From Nitrosospira multiformis ATCC 25196 (GTDB lineage: Bacteria > Pseudomonadota > Gammaproteobacteria > Burkholderiales > Nitrosomonadaceae): DNA of 32,000 nucleotides. Below are positions 1 through 8,785 of the stretch, in pieces. The translations under genes were made by a program, and so were the position numbers. The stretch lies in the NCBI RefSeq assembly GCF_000196355.1, contig NC_007614.1, positions 1,650,001 to 1,682,000 on the forward strand, written 5' to 3'. Each line of letters opens with the position of its first letter. Position 1 is the first letter of the stretch. The notes beneath the pieces are model-generated. The model had not been told where the DNA came from. It saw only the letters and a list, made by a program, of their open reading frames with translations, and ran no database searches.

Positions 1-562
1 TGTAGCCGAGCAATCTGAAAAACCGTGCGGCCTTATTAACTGTCTTTACGGTAATGTTGATTTCCCGGACGCCTAGCAATTTCATGGCATTCTCGACATA
101 CCTTACAAAACGCTTGGCAGTAGTGCCGCGTCGCGCCTCGGGCAAAAGATACAGCGTGTCTTCCGTGGCAATAAGTGTCTGCGTGTGAGCGCTCTTATCC
201 AGATACATGGCGCAATTGCCCAGCAACTTTCCTTCGCTTCTTACGGTAAAAAGAAGGTAGCGGCCCGCCTGCTCATACCGGATAAAAGTCTCGTAATCCG
301 GCTGGAACGGTAGCCGATGTCTGTGTCCTTCGGTTTCATTCCAGTGGGTGCGATGCAAATGCTTTATTTCTTCTGTAATGTCCTCAATACGCTCTACAGC
401 GAATACTATGCGGCCGTTATATCGAGGCTTGATTTGGGCAATATCTCTCGATTGCGCAAGCGTTTCCATGCGGTAGGCGGCAACGCAGATATCCGCGGCC
501 AGCTCAGATGTCAAGGTCAAGCCCATATTTCCCTTGAGCAGCGAAATCAGTTCAATATTCAT
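1..562 (-). CDS. GNAT-like N-acetyltransferase, truncated at window edge
   Basis: Hand translation of the minus strand from ATG at 562: MNIELISLLKGNMGLTLTSELAADICVAAYRMETLAQSRDIAQIKPR..., open to the window start; the ATG overlaps the stop of the upstream gene (ATGA). Absent from the ORF track because it is truncated. Confidence 0.6.
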   Translation of the reverse strand, partial: MNIELISLLKGNMGLTLTSELAADICVAAYRMETLAQSRDIAQIKPRYNGRIVFAVERIEDITEEIKHLHRTHWNETEGHRHRLPFQPDYETFIRYEQAGRYLLFTVRSEGKLLGNCAMYLDKSAHTQTLIATEDTLYLLPEARRGTTAKRFVRYVENAMKLLGVREINITVKTVNKAARFFRLLGY

Positions 563-2082
563 CATCCATCCATACGTGAAATAAGCTGTTCGAGAGAATC
601 GCGAACAGAATTTATGTACGCATACAATGCCTCGCATTCAGCCTGGGTGGGGGGAGCGGAGAATGTAAGCGCACGAAAGGCGGGAAGCGCTATTCGGTTT
701 CCGCGTCGTCCGGTCAGTATCTCAAGCATGGTTTTGAGCCATGGAGGTGTTCCGACCGGAATGCCAGGCTTCTTGATATAGGTTGCTTCAGCAGGTTGGC
801 TGAAAAGCGCGGATTCAATCACAACCCCGTCACTTATCGCTTCTGCGCTTGCTTTATTGATTTGGATGCAAAAAGTGGCGGAAAGAATGTGTATCTGGGT
901 AATTACGCCCGTTCCGCCAGCATTGGCTTGCATGGAGGGCGTCCCGACAAGCGTGCCACTGCCGATGGATATGGGGAGGGCATCGCCTGCGTTAGATTGC
1001 GCCAAGCCTGCTTCAATCAGGATATGAGTTTGCGTGATTGCGCCGCCTGGCAATATCTTCCCCTGGGCCAATGCGCCCATGCTGAGCATGTGCGCCTGAC
1101 TTACTTTCCCCGTGCTCAAGGTTCTGGCCGGCGCAACCAGGGCGCCCGCCAGGGCAATACCTCTGGTAACGCCGGCAGCGCTACCCAGGTTGGATTGAGC
1201 GAGGGAAGCGCCCGCAAGAATTTGATCCTGCTCGATCTTGCCCGTACTGGCGCCACCTGCCTGTGTTAATCCCGCAACAGCGAGCGTGTGATGTTGAGCA
1301 ATTTCTCCGGTGCTGCCCCTATTTGCCTGTATTGCAGCTACACCGCTTAATCCGGGTCCTGTATCAGCAGGCCACAGCTTTCTTGCAGATGCCTTGAATA
1401 GCTGCCATGGATTTTCATGAAAAGCCCGTGACTCAGCCGCTCCCCAGACTGAATCGGCAAAGCCGGCTATCAGTATCGTGCCGTCAAATTCCCATAGATT
1501 CCCACCGACGTACCGTCCAAGGTTGAAATTCTTGTTCCCCGCTCCCCAGGCTACCGGGGAACTTGTCCAGGTCAACCCGGCCTCTTTCCCATCGAGAAAA
1601 ACTTTGCACGTCGCTGCCGTACCCCCCGATACGAAAACGATACTCCGGCTTTTTGTGTTGAACCATGAAGAAAGGGTGCCGGAACTGGCGCCATTGGAAC
1701 CGATAGCTACTCTTAAGTCTGGATAAACCTGGTATGCGAAAGCATTGGGAGAAGAAGCCCCGAAGGGGCAGTGACCATAAGTATCGGGCCCACCCACAGT
1801 GGGGCACCACATAAAGAAGGTGCCGACATTGCCGGTCAGTTCCGGATAGCCGGTATAGGCGTAATAGTCATCGGCCCCATCAAACGAAAACACCTTGCCA
1901 TTTTGTGCTGGAACAATTGACGCATTGCCGCCCGCTGCCCAGCTTCGCCCGGTAACCAGATCGACCGGCCCCGCGGCAGGATTCCATAATATCCGCATTC
2001 CTCTGGCAAGGCCGGCATAGTCAATAAGTGCAGCGCGCTGCGGCTGGCTTGCAAATCTGTTTCGTAGGGTGATGAGGGACAT
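562..2082 (-). CDS. Phage structural protein with LamG/concanavalin-like region and 22-aa repeats
   Basis: 506-aa ORF in the late cluster; jelly-roll-like N-terminal half (FSFDGADDYYAYTG...ARKLWPADTG), then tandem 22-aa repeats. Confidence 0.65.
   Translation of the reverse strand: MSLITLRNRFASQPQRAALIDYAGLARGMRILWNPAAGPVDLVTGRSWAAGGNASIVPAQNGKVFSFDGADDYYAYTGYPELTGNVGTFFMWCPTVGGPDTYGHCPFGASSPNAFAYQVYPDLRVAIGSNGASSGTLSSWFNTKSRSIVFVSGGTAATCKVFLDGKEAGLTWTSSPVAWGAGNKNFNLGRYVGGNLWEFDGTILIAGFADSVWGAAESRAFHENPWQLFKASARKLWPADTGPGLSGVAAIQANRGSTGEIAQHHTLAVAGLTQAGGASTGKIEQDQILAGASLAQSNLGSAAGVTRGIALAGALVAPARTLSTGKVSQAHMLSMGALAQGKILPGGAITQTHILIEAGLAQSNAGDALPISIGSGTLVGTPSMQANAGGTGVITQIHILSATFCIQINKASAEAISDGVVIESALFSQPAEATYIKKPGIPVGTPPWLKTMLEILTGRRGNRIALPAFRALTFSAPPTQAECEALYAYINSVRDSLEQLISRMDG
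886..1350 (-). repeat. Seven consecutive degenerate 22-aa (66-bp) coding repeats
   Basis: Units: LSGVAAIQANRGSTGEIAQHHT / LAVAGLTQAGGASTGKIEQDQI / LAGASLAQSNLGSAAGVTRGIA / LAGALVAPARTLSTGKVSQAHM / LSMGALAQGKILPGGAITQTHI / LIEAGLAQSNAGDALPISIGSG / TLVGTPSMQANAGGTGVITQIHI (last is 23 aa). Confidence 0.85.
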
Positions 2083-2091
2083 GCCGGCAGA

Positions 2092-2526
2092 TCAGGTGGA
2101 AAGACCGGTAATATCGGCCCTGTAAATGCTTCCTGAGCTGATTGCCACCCCCATGTCATTTTTTACGACCAGCTTCAGGTAACGGCTGATTGGCAGACCT
2201 TGCAGGCTGAAGAGCTTTCGGTGCACGTTCGTGTCATTGCACGGCAATGTGCCGATCCAATGGAGGTCAGCCTCGTTGGTGGCGTCGGTTCCGCTTTCCG
2301 GGCCACTCCCGAAATTCACATTATCGAGCGATAGTTTTGCGAATAAAATCAACTGGCGGCTGCCGGTGGGAGTGCCGTTAGGGTCGCATTCAATCTCTAA
2401 AGTAATATCCAACGGGATAGCAGGTCCGAGATCAATGGCGGACGAAGTTATGTAGGTGCCACTTGCCAGCGTTCCCATATTGAGCACGACGTTGCGCGCG
2501 CTCTGCGCTTGGGTAAATGTTGCCAT
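2092..2526 (-). CDS. Hypothetical phage protein (144 aa)
   Basis: Intact ORF in gene order between two late genes: MATFTQAQSARNVVLNMGTLASGTYITSSAIDLG... Confidence 0.65.
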   Translation of the reverse strand: MATFTQAQSARNVVLNMGTLASGTYITSSAIDLGPAIPLDITLEIECDPNGTPTGSRQLILFAKLSLDNVNFGSGPESGTDATNEADLHWIGTLPCNDTNVHRKLFSLQGLPISRYLKLVVKNDMGVAISSGSIYRADITGLST

Positions 2527-2559
2527 TGTTTGATATCTGGAATATCGCCAGGAGTTGAG

Positions 2560-2943
2560 TTAGGTGGGTTGGGAACTCGTGTAGGTCAGGCTTGGGAAAT
2601 TGACTGTATTGCCGCTCGTTACCACCTGATCGGTGGTTTCATCGGTCACCAGCAATACCTTGCTCACGTTGTCCGTGAATGCAATGTGAAGATCCGGCGC
2701 GCTGCCCGAATTGGCCGAGGCTGTGCCACTGCGTGCCGCGACTGTCAGCACGCGGGCTGCGCCATCGGCACCTGACAATGCATAATCTCCGGGCGCCATT
2801 GCAACCGCACAAATTGCATTAGCATTAACGGTTGCATAACTGTCAGCAAAGGAATATGCCTTTAACAGCAGCATGCGGCCCGCATTGTTTTTTATCGCAT
2901 TCAATCCACCATCCAGCACATCGGAATGAACATACTTCGCCAT
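2560..2943 (-). CDS. Hypothetical phage protein (127 aa), possible decoration-type protein
   Basis: ORF MAKYVHSDVLDGGLNAIKNNAGRMLLLKAYSFADSYATVNANAICAVAMAPGDYAL...; good SD (aaaggaa) upstream of the ATG. Confidence 0.65.
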   Translation of the reverse strand: MAKYVHSDVLDGGLNAIKNNAGRMLLLKAYSFADSYATVNANAICAVAMAPGDYALSGADGAARVLTVAARSGTASANSGSAPDLHIAFTDNVSKVLLVTDETTDQVVTSGNTVNFPSLTYTSSQPT

Positions 2944-2966
2944 ACAAAATTCCTTTTCTTATAGTC

Positions 2967-2994
2967 AAAAAAAAACCGCCCGAACAGGGGCGGC
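2967..2994 (-). terminator. Intrinsic terminator (minus strand)
   Basis: CCGCCC/GGGCGG stem (2976-2981 / 2988-2993) followed on the minus strand by a U9 tract. Confidence 0.75.
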
Positions 2995-3125
2995 TCGCGT
3001 TTGGGCGACAAAATCAGGAAGAAAAAACTGCTTGAAATATCTTTACCGGCCCGAGAACACTCCCTGGAGTGCCGTGATCTGCTTGGGTTTCCAGGGCCAT
3101 TCCGAGAGTTAGTTTTCGGCGCTGG

Positions 3126-4110
3126 TTAAACCCGGGCAAGGCTTGAAAGCCCCGCCCGGTGTGCAAATTCGGCTGGCGACAGGTCATTGAGAGTCGAGTG
3201 AGGTCGACTCTCGTTGTAGTCCCGTCGCCAGTCTTCGATGATCGTTTTGGCCTCTTCCAGCGTTTCAAACCAGTGCAAGTTAAGACACTCGTCCCGGAAT
3301 GATCCGTTAAACGTCTCGATGTGGCAATTGTCCGTCGGCTTTCCTGGCCGGCTGAAGTCGATCCGTGCCTGGTGATGGTACGCCCAGAGATCGAGCAACT
3401 GCCCCGAGAATTCGCTGCCATTATCGACAAAAAGATATTGAGGAGGACCCCGCCGCGGCCAGTCGATTTAACGTAGCGACCACATGGTCGCTTCGCAGAC
3501 GCTGACCCACTTCGATTGCCAATGCTTCCTTGCTGAAGACATCCACAATCGTCAGCGTACGGAACTTCATCCCGTTGGCCAGTTGGTCCGCCACAAAGTC
3601 CATGCTCCATGCTTCATTGGGTTTGGTCGGCTTGATCTTCGCCTGGCGTCTCACGACCATCTTGCGGCGCCTGGGCAGCTTTGAGCGAAGCTGTAGCTGC
3701 TCTTCGCTATAAAGCCGATACATCTGGTTTTTACCCAGCTGCCAGCCTTCACGCTTGAGAAGCACGTGGATGCGCCGGTAACCATAACGCACCCGTGTCT
3801 TTGCAATCTCCCGCATACGCCCTCGCAACGCCTGCTTCGGATCCTTGATGCTCCGATAGTACTGGACGCTGCGCGATTGCTTCATCAACCTGCAGGCCCG
3901 CCGCATGTTCAGGTCATGGTGGCTCACGATGTAGTCCACCACTTCGCGTTTCAGCGCGGGCCGGGCCACTTTTTTGATGCAACGTCCTGCAGGATCGCCC
4001 GGTCCAGGCTCAAGTCGGCTACCAGCTTCTTGAGCCGCCCATTCTCTTCCTGCAACTGCTTGAGCTCCCGCACCTGGTCCGACTGCATCCCGGCGTACTG
4101 CTTCTTCCAA
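3126..4110 (-). pseudogene. IS3-family transposase OrfB (rve integrase core), frameshifted
   Basis: Split over ORFs 4110-3421 (...EAWSMDFVADQLANGMKFRTLTIVDVFSKEALAIEV) and 3398-3126 plus upstream codons (GPPQYLFVDNGSEFSG...HIETFNGSFRDECLNLHWFETLEEAKTIIEDWRRDYNESRPHSTLNDLSP). The frame changes at about 3448-3453 (gcggcggggt). Confidence 0.85.
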
Positions 4111-4229
4111 CGGTAGAACGTCTGTTCCGAGATTCCCACCTGCCGGATCAGATCCGCCACCGGCATCCCAAGCTCCGCCTGCTTTAATACCGCTACGATC
4201 TGTTCTATTGAAAACCGCTTCTTCTTCAT
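3951..4229 (-). CDS. IS3-family transposase OrfA
   Basis: MKKKRFSIEQIVAVLKQAELGMPVADLIRQVGISEQTFYRWKKQYAG...LQEENGRLKKLVADLSLDRAILQDV; HTH plus leucine-zipper type OrfA. Internal start chosen over the longer ORF start. Confidence 0.9.
   Translation of the reverse strand: MKKKRFSIEQIVAVLKQAELGMPVADLIRQVGISEQTFYRWKKQYAGMQSDQVRELKQLQEENGRLKKLVADLSLDRAILQDVASKKWPGPR
3966..3972 (-). promoter_or_regulatory. Programmed -1 ribosomal frameshift heptamer A AAA AAG (orfA to orfB)
   Basis: OrfA frame TCA AAA AAG TGG; after -1 slip reads GTG GCC CGG CCC, matching the OrfB frame VARPALKREVVDY. Confidence 0.8.
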
Positions 4230-4338
4230 GGCAAACACCCCTCCTTTCAAGGTCAAGTTTGCCGAAAAACTCACTTTCTGTCTGGTCCTGAATTCCTAAA
4301 GCAGATCAGCCGACCCCGCCGTTCGAGCCTTATGGTAG

Positions 4339-6375
4339 CTATGCCTGCTTCAATCCATCCATTGTTTCAGCCAGGACGACGCTGTTTACCTTCACATTGC
4401 CGGATAGCACAAACTCTACGTTATCGGCCTTATAGCCACCGGGAAGCCGAAATGCCCTGTTATTCTTGACCTGTTTGGTAAATTTCGGCACGCCATCGCT
4501 CCATAATTGAAATTGCAGAGAATCTATGGATAAAAGGGGAATATCCTGAGTCGCATCACCCCCGATCTCGTATTCACCGAGGCATGTATCTGCCAGTCCG
4601 TCATCCATGGAATAAGAACTGATCAATGTCTGGTTGGCAGCGATAGTCTCCTTATAGGAGGATTGCGCCGCTGCTCTTTCTTCTTCCGTCATTTTAAAAT
4701 CGGCATCGATCTTCCCCGCACCATAATTAACCGGTGACGCAGTAACGAACCGTTTGCTTTTCCACTCATAGAAAAGCTTAGTTCCCGTATCCCCTTCCCA
4801 TTCGTAGATTTTCTTGTTTGTGGCGATGTAGAGCTTGCCGGTGATGGGATCCGTCCAGATGCAACTGATGTTCTGGTTGATTTTTGTAAAGGATGCATCC
4901 TCCGCCTTATCGATCACGAACATCAGGGAGCTGTCGCCAGCCGAATAGCCGCAGTAATAGCGGTTATCGGCAGAGGTCGCGATAAAGGTATCGGGGTTTA
5001 GTTCGGACCACTCCTTCTGGGTAAACAAATCTTTTGTGACAATATCGCTGCTTGTCCCGATCATTACCATCCCTTGCGGAGCGGGATACCCGATGCCAAA
5101 TGCAAAATTCGCTACTCCTCGTTTCGACATGCAGGGCCACGCCACTCCCAGCTTCTCCATTCCTCCGCCCATGGTTACGGGCTCAACGCCGGTCAGGGTG
5201 AAGGGATTGCCCCTGGTCATGCCGACGAGTGTGGTTCCCATTGCAGCGATGGCTACAATTTCCTGGTCGTATGTTTGCCGATACGAAGTGGGCCAGGCAT
5301 AAGGTTTGAACGGTTCCGAGAAAAGCACCTCATTGCCCGCGAATGCTGCGGCAATTCCATTCGCAAGTACAACGATGCCTCTCATGTTTGCCGGGGGCAT
5401 TTCCCAGTTTGTGGAGGGCAATGTTTCTCCCAGCGCAATAACCGTGTCAGGGACAGTATCGCTGTAGTTTTTTGTAATCCCGGAAAGTGTTGCGACATAG
5501 CGATATTCGGTCCCTGACGACGTGGTAAGCGTCCGGTAGATGCGCTTGTTCATCCCCCCGGTATTATGTGGAGCCTGCCGCTCCCACCTCCCACCTCCGG
5601 CGTAGAGCTGGTCTGTAGAAAGGGATATGGCCACCTTTTTGGTTACCGGATCCACGCTCATCAGAATGAATCGACCGTTCAAGTCAGTCATGCCCGACAC
5701 CGATTCAAACTGGATTTCCTCGTGCGCTCTTAAACCGAAGACGGTATCAAGGCTGATTTCCATTTGCCCGGCAACTGGAGAATTCCTGGAAACAGCAGTA
5801 ATTGCCCCGGAATTGGGGGGTGCTGCGTCCAGATTTGAAATCATCCAGGTTGCATCTATCTTTCCGCTGGTCACTATCGAAGCGGGGGAAGGTTGCGACT
5901 CTTCCCCCCATTGCGTGACAAATGTATATACATAGGCACGGGAAGTCGCTACTCCGCTGCCACCCGACGCGCTCACCAGCGGTTCGCTGACCGGGGGTGT
6001 AACCCCAAGTACATAGCAGGCGGACGGATGAGCATTGGCGCCCGCTGTTGCCATTTCAAAGTTGGAAGTGCGCGGCTCCCCGTCGCCCGTGTAGTAGAAT
6101 CGCTGAAGCGTATCCCCTGCAACAGGCGAACGGGCTACATCGACATCCCTGCTCCAGGCGAGCCACTTTTCGCTCCCATCCTTTTCCATCCTGAACATCG
6201 ACCGGATTTCTCCATCGATCTGGGGGGAAAAAACAAGTAGCGGCGCGTTTCGGGGCCGCAAGTCGCCTGCGGCAAGGTTGCAATTGGTCGCCGTCTGCGC
6301 CTGGTTCGAGCTGAGCAAGTGCTTTGCCAGCCGCGGAACAAGCCCGGAGAATCCGGAAATCCTGAATGCGCTCAC
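4339..6375 (-). CDS. Large phage structural (tail-associated) protein
   Basis: 678-aa ORF MSAFRISGFSGLVPRLAKHLLSSNQAQTATNCNLAAGDLRPRNAPLL...; beta-rich, in the tail gene block; ATG overlaps the stop of the endolysin gene. Confidence 0.7.
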   Translation of the reverse strand: MSAFRISGFSGLVPRLAKHLLSSNQAQTATNCNLAAGDLRPRNAPLLVFSPQIDGEIRSMFRMEKDGSEKWLAWSRDVDVARSPVAGDTLQRFYYTGDGEPRTSNFEMATAGANAHPSACYVLGVTPPVSEPLVSASGGSGVATSRAYVYTFVTQWGEESQPSPASIVTSGKIDATWMISNLDAAPPNSGAITAVSRNSPVAGQMEISLDTVFGLRAHEEIQFESVSGMTDLNGRFILMSVDPVTKKVAISLSTDQLYAGGGRWERQAPHNTGGMNKRIYRTLTTSSGTEYRYVATLSGITKNYSDTVPDTVIALGETLPSTNWEMPPANMRGIVVLANGIAAAFAGNEVLFSEPFKPYAWPTSYRQTYDQEIVAIAAMGTTLVGMTRGNPFTLTGVEPVTMGGGMEKLGVAWPCMSKRGVANFAFGIGYPAPQGMVMIGTSSDIVTKDLFTQKEWSELNPDTFIATSADNRYYCGYSAGDSSLMFVIDKAEDASFTKINQNISCIWTDPITGKLYIATNKKIYEWEGDTGTKLFYEWKSKRFVTASPVNYGAGKIDADFKMTEEERAAAQSSYKETIAANQTLISSYSMDDGLADTCLGEYEIGGDATQDIPLLSIDSLQFQLWSDGVPKFTKQVKNNRAFRLPGGYKADNVEFVLSGNVKVNSVVLAETMDGLKQA

Positions 6376-6926
6376 CCTGCCAGATCTCCGGTTCCGGGAG
6401 AGCTATCCTGCTGCAGATCAGTTACTCGTCCCTCGCATAATGCCCGTTCCTTGGCACGCCGCTTCACGAGCCCCGGCAGTACTTTTTTACCGGGGCCATA
6501 TTTGAATGCCTCTATGCGCGCACACGCTTCCGCATACCGTCCGGCATTGAGCAGGTCGATAAGATTAGGGGGTCTTCCAGGTAAGGCTTTTCGGCAGAAT
6601 GCAGCGACACCGATGTTATAAGCGAGGCTCACATACGCCTCATACTCGTGCTGATATAGAGGCACAGTCACGCAGCGTCTGACTCCAGCCGCATAAACCC
6701 CCTCGATTTCATCCAGCAACCGGATCAAAGACCTCTCGGGGGTTGTCCTGTCCCCCATTTTCACGCCCATGGTCGTACCAAACCCGATGGTGGGGACATC
6801 CCCGCGCAAAGGGATGTATGCTTCATCCTTATACCCCTCGTTCACCGCGATTCCAACCAGTGTTGACGCAGCCACCACCAATAATGCTACAGCGGACCTG
6901 CCTTGGCTAAACAATGGCTTACTCAT
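6372..6926 (-). CDS. Phage endolysin, GH24-type lysozyme with N-terminal hydrophobic (possible SAR) segment
   Basis: SKPLFSQGRSAVALLVVAASTLVGIAVNEGYKDEAYIPLRGDVPTIGFGTT...YNIGVAAFCRKALPG; T4/P21 lysozyme-like NEG..TIGFGT motifs. Confidence 0.88.
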   Translation of the reverse strand: MSKPLFSQGRSAVALLVVAASTLVGIAVNEGYKDEAYIPLRGDVPTIGFGTTMGVKMGDRTTPERSLIRLLDEIEGVYAAGVRRCVTVPLYQHEYEAYVSLAYNIGVAAFCRKALPGRPPNLIDLLNAGRYAEACARIEAFKYGPGKKVLPGLVKRRAKERALCEGRVTDLQQDSSPGTGDLAG

Positions 6927-6977
6927 CTTTCGATTCCTCGTGTTCCATGTTCATTTGTGCTTATCGGTATGCAGGCG

Positions 6978-7271
6978 TCAGGGAAGGGTTTCTGTGATGC
7001 AATCCAGTTTCGCCTTTATGGTCTCCTTTACATTGCCTGCATTCAGTGCGGCGCACGAGGATATTTCCGGAATGGGAGATGCCGGCTTGGATTTTGGCTT
7101 CGAGACCTCCACGGGATTCATCGATGTTTGCGGTTTTACCGTCGAAACGTGGGGGTCCACGGGGGTTTCGTTCGTCAGCGGGGGTTTGTTCGTCACCGCC
7201 GGTTCATTCGTCGCCAGGGGCGTAAGCATGGTGCACGACGCCAGAAGGGAGGCTCCCAGCAAATACCTCAT
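6978..7271 (-). CDS. Small proline-rich lipoprotein, possible lysis-associated protein
   Basis: MRYLLGASLLASCTMLTPLATNEPAVTNKPPLTNETP...; lipobox-like LLASC; in the lysis cluster. Confidence 0.5.
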   Translation of the reverse strand: MRYLLGASLLASCTMLTPLATNEPAVTNKPPLTNETPVDPHVSTVKPQTSMNPVEVSKPKSKPASPIPEISSCAALNAGNVKETIKAKLDCITETLP

Positions 7272-7645
7272 GCCTTTCTCCCCCTAGCCCATTTCTCGAT
7301 GATTCTGTCGAGCTTGTCATTGAATTCCTTCATCGTTTCACGCTGCTCGGCTCTCACCGATTTGAGTTCCTCATCGAGGCGTTCATTGGTTCTTTCCTGA
7401 TACAGCTCTCCTCGTTTCAGCGTCGCGATATCATTTTGCACCGTGTTGTACGTGGCTACGCCAGATGCAACCAAACCCGCCACTGCAATAATTCCACCGA
7501 AGGATAATGTGTAGGTGGATGGTCCACGCCGCCTCTCGACCCTGTTCGCGATCTCTTGGTCGCCTTCATCTTCTGCCATGATCAGGACAAACCCCATAAA
7601 ACTATTGCGAACACAACCGCACCCAGCAATATTGGAGCGGTCCAT
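7268..7645 (-). CDS. Single-TM protein with C-terminal coiled coil, holin/lysis-associated candidate
   Basis: TYTLSFGGIIAVAGLVASGVATYNTVQ hydrophobic segment, then charged helix LDEELKSVRAEQRETMKEFNDKLDRIIEKW. True start may be internal. Confidence 0.5.
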   Translation of the reverse strand: MDRSNIAGCGCVRNSFMGFVLIMAEDEGDQEIANRVERRRGPSTYTLSFGGIIAVAGLVASGVATYNTVQNDIATLKRGELYQERTNERLDEELKSVRAEQRETMKEFNDKLDRIIEKWARGRKA

Positions 7646-7803
7646 TTCGATTCCTTCAGCTTTTCCAATAAACCGTCTGCGCGGACTTCAGCTGCGGCAC
7701 GTTGACTTTCCACTTCTTCCTGGATGGCTTTGATGCGCTTGCGTTGAAACATGGTCACAATAATTCCTCCTAGGATGGTGAATAAAAAAGCCCGTTCGGG
7801 CAA
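7582..7803 (-). CDS. Small membrane protein, holin-like candidate
   Basis: MPERAFLFTILGGIIVTMFQRKRIKAIQEEVES...TAPILLGAVVFAIVLWGLS; two hydrophobic stretches; next to the endolysin cluster. Confidence 0.5.
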   Translation of the reverse strand: MPERAFLFTILGGIIVTMFQRKRIKAIQEEVESQRAAAEVRADGLLEKLKESKWTAPILLGAVVFAIVLWGLS

Positions 7804-7823
7804 AAAAAAAGCGGCTATGCCGC
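7785..7823 (-). terminator. Tandem intrinsic terminators (minus strand)
   Basis: gcggc-tat-gccgc (7811-7823) followed on minus by U9, then gcccg-tt-cgggc (7790-7801) followed by U6. Confidence 0.8.
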
Positions 7824-7850
7824 ATCTTGTTCAAAAAATTTCGATCATGT

Positions 7851-8441
7851 TTACCACTTGATGTCATCCAGTTGCTGCCGAGTAGGAAAATCGCCAAGCG
7901 CAGCAACCCTCTCCTGTAATCTCTGCCTCTTGCCCGTCAGTTGACCATGCACTCTCGCAAATGCAGCAGCCTTGGCGATAATTTTGCCCGCAAGATCTGC
8001 CTTATTCATATTTCGAGCATCAGCAGCGCTGTCCAGCCAGGGAGTATGGGCTTGAGGATTCGAAAACCATGCTTTTGCTTCCCCTTCCTGTAATGCCCAG
8101 CTTTTGACTTCTTCCTCTGGATAAGCTGCTGTCAATTCCCTTATGTCGGACTGGTAAGCAGCGTTGATGCGGGCGACAGCCGCTGCTTTCATTTGATCCG
8201 GACCCGGTGCAGTTAACACGGTGATTTGTTCTGATGGCGCGGTTTTCCATAGATCCACAAATGGTTGAAACTCTGCCATGTTTGTGAGCAGCGTATTTGC
8301 AGTATCGTCATACTCTATATGGCCGCTTGTATCGTTCCACTGCACAGCGCGCACATTGGCCCTCAACGAGGACAAATCGATTCGCCTGAATACCCCATCG
8401 ATTCCAACCACGCTGTCGTCCCGAATGATTGTCACTCGCAT
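7851..8441 (-). CDS. Phage tail protein, tail-fibre-assembly-like
   Basis: 196-aa ORF MRVTIIRDDSVVGIDGVFRRIDLSSLRANVRAVQWNDTSGHIEYDD...; adjacent to the collar-type fibre gene. Confidence 0.5.
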   Translation of the reverse strand: MRVTIIRDDSVVGIDGVFRRIDLSSLRANVRAVQWNDTSGHIEYDDTANTLLTNMAEFQPFVDLWKTAPSEQITVLTAPGPDQMKAAAVARINAAYQSDIRELTAAYPEEEVKSWALQEGEAKAWFSNPQAHTPWLDSAADARNMNKADLAGKIIAKAAAFARVHGQLTGKRQRLQERVAALGDFPTRQQLDDIKW

Positions 8442-8785
8442 ATCTCGCTCTGCTCCAATAAACCGTTACCCTGGACCTTCCTGTTGGCCATGTGCGCCGC
8501 CACGAGCAGCACTTGTTGCGTTTTCTCGCTGTGCTTCACCATCTCATTACGGAAAGATTCCGTAGCTGCAGCGCCCTTGCGGGATTCGTTGGCAGTGTTG
8601 ATCATCAACGTGGGCAGCCAGCCTATAGCGCACCCCCATGAATCGGTTTCCTGTCCCGTATTGGTATTTACCCCGCGCACCTGCACATACCATGGACATC
8701 GATAAAGGACGGGTTTGCTGTCCTCGATCTTAAGCTCTTCACATTTTGCCTCCAGCGGACAATTCGCTATGCGTATTTCCATCAA
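8432..8785 (-). CDS. Hypothetical phage protein (117 aa) with Cys pairs
   Basis: ORF overlapping both neighbours; MMEIRIANCPLEAKCEELKIEDSKPVLYRCPWYVQVRGVNTNTGQ... Confidence 0.55.
   Translation of the reverse strand: MMEIRIANCPLEAKCEELKIEDSKPVLYRCPWYVQVRGVNTNTGQETDSWGCAIGWLPTLMINTANESRKGAAATESFRNEMVKHSEKTQQVLLVAAHMANRKVQGNGLLEQSEICE

Larger units (their letters stand above)
3075..4308 (-). mobile_element. IS3-family insertion sequence, IS407-like group
   Basis: Imperfect terminal inverted repeats TGATCTGCTTGGGTTTCCAGGGCCA (from 3075) and TGATCTGCTTTAGGAATTCAGGACCA (reverse complement ending at 4308); flanked by 4-bp direct repeats gccg (3071-3074 and 4309-4312); encodes orfA and orfB. Confidence 0.93.

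Noticed and set aside
796-1269. 157-aa plus-strand ORF
   Set aside because: Antisense to the repeat-rich region of the 506-aa gene; its length follows from the 66-bp repeat period and composition, and it has no recognisable domain.
3014-3610. 198-aa minus ORF overlapping the IS end
   Set aside because: Runs out of frame with the recognisable OrfB C-terminal sequence and crosses the IS boundary.
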